Positions 55,561 to 64,000 of a stretch of 64,000 nucleotides of DNA are shown here, piece after piece. The notes below the pieces were generated by a model, which saw nothing but the letters and a program-made list of their open reading frames with translations, ran no database searches and had not been told where the DNA came from. This stretch comes from Bdellovibrionales bacterium (lineage in GTDB: Bacteria; Bdellovibrionota; Bdellovibrionia; Bdellovibrionales; UBA1609). Location of the stretch: positions 3,849-67,848 of the forward strand of contig JAKUPT010000005.1 of the NCBI GenBank assembly GCA_022450595.1, given 5' to 3'. The position numbers and the translations under genes are program-made. Each line of letters begins with the position of its first letter. The stretch's first letter is position 1.

Positions 55561-56506
55561 TCTGACACTCCTTCACCTTCAAGGAAAAATTCTGCAACAT
55601 TAAAGACTTGTCCACATTATAGTTCATCTCTTGCTGCATGTCCAAACAGTGACAAAAAAGCTTTTCTAACTGCTCAAAACTAAGCTGTGTGAGTGCGTTT
55701 AATTGCTCTTGATGTTTTGAAAAAATCACATTTTTGGGTCGACCAGATTTTATAAAACAAGCATCACGAATTTGTTGCTGCCATAAAGACAGTAATGTCA
55801 CAAAGTCTTCTCTGGACTTCAATTCCTCTTGAAACTCATCCAACACGGTCACTGATGAAAACTTCTCACTCCACACAGCAAAAGACTTATTATGAAGCTC
55901 TGTGGTGCTCTCACTAAAGCTTTTCTCTAAAAGGTCGGCTCGCCCTTGAGCGGAAAGGATTAAGGTTTCTTCAGCTTGAGGAAATATAGTTTTTAAGGTC
56001 TCGGGTTTTAAATTTGGAAGCCTCCAAATTTGGCTTCTTGATCTGATGGTTGGCAGCATGGCCGACAAACTTGAGGTGCAGATAAAAAAGTAAGAGTTCT
56101 CAGGTGGCTCTTCGATAACTTTTAAAAGCGCATTGGCTGTTTGAGGGTTCATTTTGTGAGCTTCAAGAATAAGTACGGCCTGAGGCTGCATTTGAGATTT
56201 TAAAGATAGAAATCGAATGACCTCTCGAGCCTGTTCAATTTTAATTTGCGCCCCTTGAGGCTCCACAATATGTAAGCCCTCATGTTGAGTGTTTTGGATT
56301 TTCCGACAACTGCCACACTCTCCACAGGCTTGGTAGTTGTTTTTGTGGTCACAAAATAAGTACTGAATCACATGCAATGAAAACAGCTTTTTCCCCACCC
56401 CAGGACTGCCAGAAATAATATGAGTCGAGGCCAACTTTTGCTGATCAATGGCCGACTTTAAAGTCTCAAGCAGTTGTGTGTGTTGTAAAAGTGGTTTTAA
56501 AGCCAA
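55544..56506 (-). CDS. holB: DNA polymerase III subunit delta-prime
   Basis: 320 aa. Contains 'GSPGVGKK', the zinc module 'CGECGSC', 'LLKVIEEPP' and 'TIRSRSQ'. Confidence 0.85.
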   Translation of the reverse strand: MALKPLLQHTQLLETLKSAIDQQKLASTHIISGSPGVGKKLFSLHVIQYLFCDHKNNYQACGECGSCRKIQNTQHEGLHIVEPQGAQIKIEQAREVIRFLSLKSQMQPQAVLILEAHKMNPQTANALLKVIEEPPENSYFFICTSSLSAMLPTIRSRSQIWRLPNLKPETLKTIFPQAEETLILSAQGRADLLEKSFSESTTELHNKSFAVWSEKFSSVTVLDEFQEELKSREDFVTLLSLWQQQIRDACFIKSGRPKNVIFSKHQEQLNALTQLSFEQLEKLFCHCLDMQQEMNYNVDKSLMLQNFSLKVKECQSVSLD

Positions 56507-57123
56507 GAGTTCTTCCTTAAAAAAGTTAATAGTTGTTCTGAAAGCTGTTTAACACTGTCTTTTGCCTGAAGCACAAGCCATTTTGAGGGATTTTGATTGG
56601 CCTGTTTCAAATAGTGGACTCTCACCGCTTCATGGAACTCTCTTTTTTCTCGCTCCATACGGTCAAGCTCCCTATCTGTTCTTCCACTTGATCTTTTTTG
56701 GGAGCTGTCCACGTCAATGTCTAATAAAACAGTCAAACTGGGCTCTAATCCTCCAGTGGCATATTTGTTCAGCCAATGGATATCACTTTCACTTAAACCA
56801 CGCCCCCCGGCCTGAAAGGCTAATGTAGACGCCGTAAACCGGTCACAAATGACCCACTCACCTTTTTCAAGAGCGGGGGCAATCACTTGGCTCACATGCT
56901 GCGCTCTAGAAGCTTCATACAGTAATAACTCCGTTTTTTCACTGGGCTTTTCAACATCCGTAGAAAGTAATAGCTGACGGATTTTTTCAGCCAGCTCTGT
57001 GCCTCCCGGCTCCCGGGTGAGGACATAGGGTTTTTGTTGTTTTTTCAACTCTTCCACTAAGCTCTGAATAAGAGTGGACTTTCCCGCCCCATCAAGACCT
57101 TCAAAGGCAATAAATTTCTTCAA
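56497..57123 (-). CDS. tmk: dTMP (thymidylate) kinase
   Basis: 208 aa. TTG start after AGGAG. Contains 'FIAFEGLDGAGKST' and 'DRF..ST.AYQ-like DRFTASTLAFQ'. Confidence 0.92.
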   Translation of the reverse strand: MKKFIAFEGLDGAGKSTLIQSLVEELKKQQKPYVLTREPGGTELAEKIRQLLLSTDVEKPSEKTELLLYEASRAQHVSQVIAPALEKGEWVICDRFTASTLAFQAGGRGLSESDIHWLNKYATGGLEPSLTVLLDIDVDSSQKRSSGRTDRELDRMEREKREFHEAVRVHYLKQANQNPSKWLVLQAKDSVKQLSEQLLTFLRKNSWL

Positions 57124-57288
57124 TTTTAACTCCTATTTAAAATGAGTGCGGTACAACTTAGCTAATAAACCAAAATCATCCCAGAGATTCAAATCCATTT
57201 AGTAACGCAGGATTTAAACTTAAACCTGTACAAATCGTTGGACTTCACATAGGAGTTCCCCTATACTTGCCAGCTTTGGAGGATATTT

Positions 57289-57618
57289 ATGATTGCATTA
57301 TGGTCAGTGATACACATCATCATGTCAGTACTTATAGTCGTTTTAGTTCTTTTACAGGACTCTAAAGGCGGAGCTATGGGTGTATTTGGCGGCGGATCTT
57401 CAAACACAGTCTTTGGAGCCTCTGGCGGGACCAACGTTTTAGTTAAAATCACCACTTACTTAGCCATTGTTTTTGCTGTAACAAGCATTGTACTGGCAAA
57501 CAAAACAAGTTCTGGCGGATCTAGTGCTGTAGATGACTACGTTCCCACCCAAGAACAACCGTTGAACCCACAGCCAAATAAGGCTGATGAAGGGCAAAAG
57601 CCGTCAGACGCTAAATAA
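57289..57618 (+). CDS. secG: preprotein translocase subunit SecG
   Basis: 109 aa. Contains 'VLVLLQDSKGGAMGVFGGGSSNTVFGASG' and has two TM helices. Confidence 0.9.
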   Translation: MIALWSVIHIIMSVLIVVLVLLQDSKGGAMGVFGGGSSNTVFGASGGTNVLVKITTYLAIVFAVTSIVLANKTSSGGSSAVDDYVPTQEQPLNPQPNKADEGQKPSDAK

Positions 57619-57620
57619 TA

Positions 57621-58460
57621 ATGAGAAACTTGTTTGCTATTTTACTTTTTGTAGCACTGTCTGTTGCAGTGCTCACAAAGGTCCCACAAAAATTTGCTGC
57701 AACATGGTTTGATCAAACTCCACAAAACGACGCTGTCGTGGCAATAATGACGCCTCAATCTGGTGGTATTTTTTATAGATCTCAAGCCGTAAATGGTCAA
57801 ACTGAAGTCCATTTCAACACACCTATAAAATTTGAAAATAATGCGAAAGCAGAGTTTCAACTTAAAGACTCAAATTTTGAATTCCAATTAATTTCTGCAA
57901 CGGCGAGTTTCAAAAAACACAAAGATAATTTACTTCTTATTTTACACTCAGGTGAGTACCTCCCAGTTGCTGGGCAAGATAAAGCATTTAAAATTTTAAA
58001 AAACTCTAAATTTTACGCCCCAAATACAAAAATAAATCCCAGCCCTGTCACTTATAGACCTATTGTAAAAGATGCTATCACTCAAGCCCCACTCATAGTT
58101 TCCGATCAGTTCAACGACCTACCCAAAGCCGTTGACAAACCAAAAACCAACAAAAAAATAGCAGAGGTCTTAGATTCTGAACCAGACAATGCCTTTTTAG
58201 ATCAACTCATAGCAGAGCAAACAGAAAAGCTTCAAAACTGCCAAGTCAACCGAGTGAGAGATCTTGGCACTGTTAAAGGCCAGGTGATGATTGGGCTTGA
58301 AATTCATCCCACTGGAGTGATTAAAAACGCAAAAATTTTGAGCACTGATATTGAAGACACAGAGTTGATGAATTGCTTACTGTCTGTTTTTGAACGAATA
58401 AAATTACCTAAATATAAGGGTGAGATTATTTTTAGAAGTTATCCACTTTTATTCGAATAA
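57621..58460 (+). CDS. secreted protein with AgmX/PglI (TonB-C-like) C-terminal domain
   Basis: 279 aa with a signal/anchor sequence. C-terminus 'CQ...GTVKGQVMIGLEIHPTGVIKNAKILSTDIEDTELMNCLLSVFERIKLP...IIFRSYPLLFE'. Confidence 0.55.
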   Translation: MRNLFAILLFVALSVAVLTKVPQKFAATWFDQTPQNDAVVAIMTPQSGGIFYRSQAVNGQTEVHFNTPIKFENNAKAEFQLKDSNFEFQLISATASFKKHKDNLLLILHSGEYLPVAGQDKAFKILKNSKFYAPNTKINPSPVTYRPIVKDAITQAPLIVSDQFNDLPKAVDKPKTNKKIAEVLDSEPDNAFLDQLIAEQTEKLQNCQVNRVRDLGTVKGQVMIGLEIHPTGVIKNAKILSTDIEDTELMNCLLSVFERIKLPKYKGEIIFRSYPLLFE

Positions 58461-58490
58461 ATTCTCATCTTATTAAATAAAAAGAAGTTG

Positions 58491-59567
58491 TTATCTATAG
58501 TCGTGGATATAATCTATATTCTCAGGAATCCATGGCTCAAAACTACCCTCTAAGCAGTACACACGGCCATTGCGAGACTCTTTGATGGGTTTTGCTGGCA
58601 TGGACAGTTCAAATAAATGATGAATAAGCCCATGACTTTTAAGAGCCGGAAAAATCTCTTGCAAAGTTTCATCGGCCAGTATTTGCCTGCGGACCAAATC
58701 ATCAATACTCCACTCCAACTCATCAGTTGTGAAGTCATAATTGAGCAATAAGTCTTGGGCAATCTGAATCACCTGTTCCATGCCAATTCGATGATCTTGA
58801 TACAAATCAAGTGCTGTTTGAAAACTGTTAAAGCTAGGCAAAGTTCTGCGACCAAACTTAATATAGTACTCAGAGTCCGTGTCTGCAGCTAGATTGATAT
58901 AAATCTTTTCTACAGGGTCTGAAGCCGGCATACGCCCTTGAAGCTCAAAGATTTTATCCATTTGAGGGCCTGTGACATTAAAGTTTTTTAAAATTTTTTT
59001 TATTTCAGTCTGATTTAATCTGCGAGTGCAAATATCAGAATACAAGGAATAGATTAATGCGTCCGACTCACTGTCATCCCCCCAAAGCACCTGCCTGACA
59101 TCAGGTTTCAACCTTAAACGCAGCTGCATTAGGGCCTGCAACTTATATCCAACCTGCTTGGTCAAACGCCATAAACGACCTGGTCTTAAATTTTGAAGAT
59201 TGTCTTTACAAAAAATTCCATAAGGACGGAAACCGTCAAACTCTAGCTTTTCAACAATACGCTCTTCCATTTGAGGAGGTGAGGCCGTAATAAAATAAAT
59301 AGGTAAAAAATCAGTTTCTTTTTTTACAAAGTGGGCTTTTTTTAGTGCCATCACAAGTTCTGAGGTGCCCGGTACGTTTTTTTTCTGAAAACCTCTCTCT
59401 AGAGCCGTTTTTATAAGCCCTTTGAAAGTTTCAAACTTGGTGTCTAAATAGGTTTTATCTAAATCCCAAATAAACACTTCGTCAGCATTTTTCTCATTCT
59501 CTTCCAGAGTGTGAGAGAAAAAAACCACATCCTGTTGCACTTCTGCTCTTGTTTTCCAATCAGCCAT
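58491..59567 (-). CDS. HAD-like phosphatase, App1/DUF2183-like
   Basis: 358 aa. Contains the DxDxT motif 'VFIWDLDKTYLDT', 'IYFITASPPQ' and 'VLWGDDSESD'. Confidence 0.6.
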   Translation of the reverse strand: MADWKTRAEVQQDVVFFSHTLEENEKNADEVFIWDLDKTYLDTKFETFKGLIKTALERGFQKKNVPGTSELVMALKKAHFVKKETDFLPIYFITASPPQMEERIVEKLEFDGFRPYGIFCKDNLQNLRPGRLWRLTKQVGYKLQALMQLRLRLKPDVRQVLWGDDSESDALIYSLYSDICTRRLNQTEIKKILKNFNVTGPQMDKIFELQGRMPASDPVEKIYINLAADTDSEYYIKFGRRTLPSFNSFQTALDLYQDHRIGMEQVIQIAQDLLLNYDFTTDELEWSIDDLVRRQILADETLQEIFPALKSHGLIHHLFELSMPAKPIKESRNGRVYCLEGSFEPWIPENIDYIHDYR

Positions 59568-59576
59568 TACTAAACC

Positions 59577-60440
59577 TTAACTAATAAAGCCCCAAGTTAA
59601 TTTTTTTTGAGGAAAGTATATCCAAGGCTCATCTTCTGGAAAGCCTTGCGGTGGAGATTCACACAAATCCAGCTCGTTAAATAAAGCCGTCATAGCACAG
59701 ATAAAAGCATCAAAAGCATGTTTGTGCTTGATCATTATCTTACGATCCTGATCATATAGAAAAGCCACATTTTTTTCACTTAATTTTTCCAATAACACTT
59801 CACGAATATTTTCACCGTCTACAGCGTGTTTATGGTGTCGCAAATAAGATTTTTGAATATTCAAAGAACGCCCCATACGCCATAAGCTAAGCTTGGGATA
59901 CACTTCTATAAAATTCTTCTTCCCTAAACGCCTTGCTAAAAAATGGGCGCGTGCATATAGAGGAGCCATATTAGCACCCATTGCATGGGATCTTATAAAA
60001 GGCTCTTCTAATTCGGTTGAAATATAGGTCTCAACGCACCTTTCTGTATAGGGAGTAAATATCTTTTTTGGATTTTTTTGTTTGTTCTTTTTTTTGTACA
60101 AACTACGAAGCCATTTAATTTCAGGCTCTTTACAAACCTCATATCCAGGACACTTTAAACGACAACGCATACATTTTGGGGGCGTCAAAGGCGCATCAAT
60201 GGCTATATGTTTTACAGATTTGTGTGTGTCATTTAATAACTCAAATAATGATTGATCGGCGGATTTTTGCTTGTCTGATTTAATATTGTCATAAAGATAA
60301 GATAAAAAGATTTTTTTTTCAGAAGGAAAGTATTCAATCACAGCCACAGAAGTTTTGTCTGTCTTTCCACCTGTTAGACTTACTCCTGCAAAACGAATTG
60401 ATTTAAATGTTTTTTTAGCTGTTTTCTTTTTCTTCATCAA
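59577..60440 (-). CDS. RNase-H-like fold protein (DUF429-like) with an inserted Cys4 cluster
   Basis: 287 aa. Contains 'FAGVSLTGGKTDKTSVAV', 'HIAIDAPLTPPKCMRCRLKCPGYEVC' and 'HAFDAFICAMTA'. Confidence 0.5.
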   Translation of the reverse strand: MMKKKKTAKKTFKSIRFAGVSLTGGKTDKTSVAVIEYFPSEKKIFLSYLYDNIKSDKQKSADQSLFELLNDTHKSVKHIAIDAPLTPPKCMRCRLKCPGYEVCKEPEIKWLRSLYKKKNKQKNPKKIFTPYTERCVETYISTELEEPFIRSHAMGANMAPLYARAHFLARRLGKKNFIEVYPKLSLWRMGRSLNIQKSYLRHHKHAVDGENIREVLLEKLSEKNVAFLYDQDRKIMIKHKHAFDAFICAMTALFNELDLCESPPQGFPEDEPWIYFPQKKLTWGFIS

Positions 60441-61412
60441 ATACTGGTTTTATCTTTATAGGTTTAAATTTAAGTTCTTCTACTCTTTTAAATAACTGTT
60501 GGTGTTTGAGTTTATCGGCCACAACCAAAACACACCCACCACCACCGGCTCCACATATTTTAACAGCATCAGCACCATCCTCCAATAGATGTGTTTTTAA
60601 ACTTTCAATTTCAGGACTGGTAAAAGCGGCTGTCAGGCCCACTCTCTCATTAAACTCTTGCTGAAAAAGCTCTGAAAGCTTATTCCAGTTATTACTTGTA
60701 ATGTTTTGCACGCATTTTTCACTGATTACTTTTATATTCTCTAAGTGCTTTAAAACCTTTTGATCTTTTTCAACAGCAGCTTTGATAACTTGCCAGTTAT
60801 TCAGGCCAGAGTGGTGAGCTTTGCCAGTATCTACTAAAAAAAGTTTTTCTCCAAACTCAAAATTATCAAATTTTAAACACTTTGACTGAAAGCCACTATG
60901 GTCATACTGAATAATATTTAATCCACTCTGAACGGCGGGATAGTAGTCTTGGGTTCCAGTGGGAGTCATTAATATTTCAGCTTCTAAGTTATGAGCTAAA
61001 GTAACCATTGAATGAGGAGACATATTTTTATTTAAAGCCTTTAAGAAGGCTTTAATAATACTTATTGTTAAACTCGAGCTTCCACCTAAACCTCCGCCCA
61101 CTGGACTTTCTGATGATGTTATTAATTCAAAGCCAAAGCTGGGTTTAAAGTAATTAGTAATCACTTGTACAAGTTTTAACTCTGGGTCTTTACAACTTAA
61201 AAACTCATCAAAGTCTTGGAAGGATTTTTGATAGTCTAAATCAACTAAGTGAATCTTTACTGCTTTACTAGATTTTAACACCTCTAGCTCTGCACAGGTA
61301 AATATATTGATGGATAAGTTTACAGTATAACTTCCAGATAAAAAGCTATACAAAGGCCAACAGTCAAGTGTACCGCCAGACAAATCAATGCGAGTGGGAG
61401 ATTTAATTTTAA
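60415..61412 (-). CDS. GHMP family sugar kinase (HddA/fucokinase-like)
   Basis: Start chosen at GTG 61412, which overlaps the upstream TGA (GTGA). Contains 'IKIKSPTRIDLSGGTLDCWPLY', motif II 'SPVGGGLGGSSSL' and motif III 'KICGAGGGGCVLV'. Confidence 0.8.
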
Positions 61413-62350
61413 TCACTTTGTACTTCCTTTTTAGGTGATTCCTTAAAATCACTAATAGACCATAACATATTTTTTGCATCTTTAGTGCTAATCTCAAAAA
61501 TTGGATTCCTGCTGGATGTGGTCACATAGTAGTGTCCCTGACTCTCACCTAATGCCAGCTTCCAGTTCCTGTTTTCAAAACCGTCTTGATACTCAATAGA
61601 AATTTTTAAAATGGGACTGATTAAATTCGTTTGTGACAATATTTTTTTTGAAATAAAGTTTGAGTAAAAAGACTGTGAAGAGAGATTCTCTAAGCCCTTT
61701 AAGTATTTATTTACTTGTTTTGTGTTGATTGGATTGTTTTTAGAGACCCATTTTTGATCAATCAACTCTATCTCTATTGGCTGTTTAAGCTCTTTTTGAA
61801 AGTATGTTATTTTTTTTATATCCTCAATACTACTAGAAAGTATGTAAGACTCCCTCAGGTATGAGAGATTGATATCAAATAAGTTTTTCCAAATAAAGTT
61901 ACCAACATATAGCTCACCTTTAGAATAAATATAATGGTTTTTACTTGGTCCTAACTGCTTGGAAAACATTAATTTATAGTCTCTATTAGAACATCGAGCT
62001 TCAAAACTCATTTGTGGTTGATCTAAACCAAAAGCTGATTTTGGCTTATTGGTTTCAAGCTTTTGATACTGTTGTGATTGTATCGGCTTTAACAAGGCTC
62101 GAACGCCAGCCGGGCTTGCTAGATCTTGGATAGGAGATGTGATTTCCCACCTATCATTTTTTTTCAAAAGCTTAAGTGAAATTTCTGAAGTTTTGATTTC
62201 GATCTCACGGCAGTCATTAAGCCTGTCTTTAAATATCAAAGACTCTTGCAGCAAATGATCTTTTTGCTGTTTTTCACTTATATATAACCAAATCGCGGTT
62301 GCAACAAAGGCTACAACCACTAGACTCAAACTTTTATATTTAGGCTTCAT
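61409..62350 (-). CDS. DUF4340 domain protein (GldG-associated)
   Basis: 313 aa with an N-terminal TM. It sits immediately after a GldG-like gene with a 4-nt ATGA overlap. Confidence 0.65.
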   Translation of the reverse strand: MKPKYKSLSLVVVAFVATAIWLYISEKQQKDHLLQESLIFKDRLNDCREIEIKTSEISLKLLKKNDRWEITSPIQDLASPAGVRALLKPIQSQQYQKLETNKPKSAFGLDQPQMSFEARCSNRDYKLMFSKQLGPSKNHYIYSKGELYVGNFIWKNLFDINLSYLRESYILSSSIEDIKKITYFQKELKQPIEIELIDQKWVSKNNPINTKQVNKYLKGLENLSSQSFYSNFISKKILSQTNLISPILKISIEYQDGFENRNWKLALGESQGHYYVTTSSRNPIFEISTKDAKNMLWSISDFKESPKKEVQSD

Positions 62351-63897
62351 TGATGCTTCCGTCTGTTAAGCCATAAAATAAATGCTACGATCAAAATAAA
62401 CACAGGAAATAAAATACTTCCAAATATTATTCCCAGACGCTGAAACTCAGTTAGGTATAAAGTTTTACGATCGGCCACCTTTAAAGGAATATTTAATAAT
62501 TCATCTTGATCACTTAACCACGCAAAAGCACTTTGAGCAAAGCTAAGATTCGCAAATGAGTGAGCATATTTATTAGATAAAAAATCAGAATCTCCAACAA
62601 TAACGGCTTTATAGCTGTTTTGCACAGTGCTTACCTGCTCACCCAGCTTTGGAATTCGGCCTTGAGACAAGAAAGCCACAATATAAGAAGAGGGACGATC
62701 ATAAACTTTTTGTGTTGTAGCCTCTGAGATCGTGACTGATGACTCAGAAGACTTTAAAATTGGCAAAACTTCAATGCTTGGGCTTCTTTGGCGATCAGCT
62801 ACCATAGAAGATACCAAAGGTAGCGCTAGAGCCTCGCCCATCAAGCTATCTACAAGGCTATGGTTAGTTTGTGCTTCAGCTTGAGCAACAACTACAGACT
62901 GACCCAGTTTAGAAGTACTATCAACAACGATATCATTATTAAACTGAACACCCATGGTTTTAGTTAATAGTTGCATGTTATGCTTTTCACCAGGATCTAT
63001 AGCAATAAAAAATCTACCACCAGATCGCCCGTAATCTCTTAATATTTTCAGTTCTTCTGTAGAAAAAGCGATTCTAGGACCAACTATAGCTAAAGCAGAA
63101 GCATCGCTTGGAATAGTTTGAGACAAATTTAAATCTAAGCTCTCAGCAATAAATCCCCAGCTCTTTAGGTCTTCTGAAAGTTTAGACAGTCCATGAGCCT
63201 GATCACTATCAAGTTCGGGCTCATAATGCCCTTGAACAAAATATATTTTGTGAATTTTTGGATTTGAAAGTCTATAAATAGCTTTACTAATTTGACTTTC
63301 TTGAAAGGGTGACTCGATTTCAGAATACTGTTCACCCATTTGCACAAAAAGATGTGAGCCCATGTTTTTTCTGGTGGAGTTTTGCAAATACTTCGTGCTG
63401 AGCTTTGGTTCATTAAATATATTTATTTTTTCAATTTTTACTTTTTTAGAATTATTTTTATATAGCTTGAGTATGGGGTCCATTTGATAATAGACCGTGT
63501 TGTCAGCCTGACCATAATAAAAAACTTTAAAAGTTATGGGGGAATTAATATTTTCTAAGATTTTTAAAGATGTGTCAGAAAGTGTAAACAGTTTGTTTTT
63601 AGTAAAATCAAAGCTTTTATCGACCTTAATCGCTATAAAATTAATACTTACAAATAAGGCCAAAGATAACAGTAAAATATAACCAAAGCCCACACCCTTA
63701 ACCGTCGTAGGTGTTTTTAAGAAATTAATAATCTGTTTCCTGGCTAATACACTTGATATTAAGATAAAAAGCACAAAAAAGCCTAAGGGCAAATACAATA
63801 AGTTAATCCACACCCCTAAAACGTATCTAGCCCCTAAAGTAATAAAAAGACTAAGAACAGATAAAAAGAATAAAATTTGCGAAACTCGAAGTTTCAT
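62347..63897 (-). CDS. gldG: GldG-family ABC-transporter auxiliary protein
   Basis: 516 aa with N- and C-terminal TM segments around a large periplasmic domain. It is preceded by an ABC-2 permease-like C-terminus. Confidence 0.7.
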   Translation of the reverse strand: MKLRVSQILFFLSVLSLFITLGARYVLGVWINLLYLPLGFFVLFILISSVLARKQIINFLKTPTTVKGVGFGYILLLSLALFVSINFIAIKVDKSFDFTKNKLFTLSDTSLKILENINSPITFKVFYYGQADNTVYYQMDPILKLYKNNSKKVKIEKINIFNEPKLSTKYLQNSTRKNMGSHLFVQMGEQYSEIESPFQESQISKAIYRLSNPKIHKIYFVQGHYEPELDSDQAHGLSKLSEDLKSWGFIAESLDLNLSQTIPSDASALAIVGPRIAFSTEELKILRDYGRSGGRFFIAIDPGEKHNMQLLTKTMGVQFNNDIVVDSTSKLGQSVVVAQAEAQTNHSLVDSLMGEALALPLVSSMVADRQRSPSIEVLPILKSSESSVTISEATTQKVYDRPSSYIVAFLSQGRIPKLGEQVSTVQNSYKAVIVGDSDFLSNKYAHSFANLSFAQSAFAWLSDQDELLNIPLKVADRKTLYLTEFQRLGIIFGSILFPVFILIVAFILWLNRRKHQ

Positions 63898-64000
63898 TTA
63901 TTTCCACCTTGATAAAGACACAACTTTTTCCATTAAATAAATACATAAAAAATTAATACTCAAAAAAAACACTAGACTTGAAATGGCAACAGCACCTTGA
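63898..64000 (-). CDS. C-terminal fragment of an ABC-2 type permease (GldF-like), gene continues beyond the window
   Basis: Hand translation gives ...QGAVAISSLVFFLSINFLCIYLMEKVVSLSRWK*. Its stop abuts the gldG ATG (TAAATG). Confidence 0.5.
   Translation of the reverse strand, partial: QGAVAISSLVFFLSINFLCIYLMEKVVSLSRWK

Noticed and set aside
1-64000. Scan for CRISPR arrays, rRNA, IS elements/transposases, integrases, reverse transcriptases (retron/DGR/group II intron) and long tandem repeats
   Set aside because: None were seen. The only exact local repeats noticed are the 19-mer pair at 20971-21023 and the 11-mer pair in the 51512-51540 promoter. A by-eye scan cannot exclude dispersed repeats shorter than about 15 nt.

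Overview
Gene-dense, low-GC bacterial chromosomal segment. Hand counts of typical 60-nt lines give about one third G+C. All family assignments come from motifs recognised by eye in the supplied translations and in my own hand translations. No database search was run.

Housekeeping backbone:
- gdh, one tRNA(CAU), pyrC, rsmB, nrdR-nusB, a PpsR-type kinase
- the minus-strand run hisC-cmk-rpsA / sppA-HIT-mce-rhomboid
- ilvA, gap-pgk-tpiA, tmk-holB-tatD, secG

The backbone is interleaved with many secreted or envelope proteins: an S8 peptidase, an M16 peptidase pair, an L,D-transpeptidase, lipoproteins, FliL, an AgmX/PglI-type protein, and GldG/DUF4340. This mix suggests a Bdellovibrionota-like (Bacteriovoracaceae-type) predator, which is inference only.

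I found no CRISPR array, rRNA, transposase, integrase, reverse transcriptase or prophage genes.

Candidates for undescribed biology, in rough order:
1. A DUF4160 + BrnA-like two-gene cassette with a repeat-bearing near-consensus promoter (50845-51540). It sits in a 5.6-kb flexible segment (46072-51672) that also holds a DUF222-type HNH protein, a Cys-rich secreted ORFan and a gene remnant.
2. Two large secreted ORFans (328 aa and about 1100 aa, 40220-44608) following a zinc-ribbon/ilvA pair. The larger one overlaps the convergent HyuB-like gene by 73 nt.
3. A tightly coupled operon joining GldF/GldG/DUF4340 exporter components to a GHMP sugar kinase, a Cys4-bearing RNase-H-like (DUF429-like) protein and an App1/HAD-like phosphatase (58491-64000).
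4. A MotB-type stator protein with a roughly 400-aa coiled coil (1-2229). It lies divergent to a cNMP-like/REC-like/HATPase signalling protein whose cyclic-nucleotide cassette has Cys in place of the conserved Arg.
5. A possible GU-rich sRNA ending in a strong hairpin plus U-tract (16459-16776).

None of these can be confirmed without searches or experiments.
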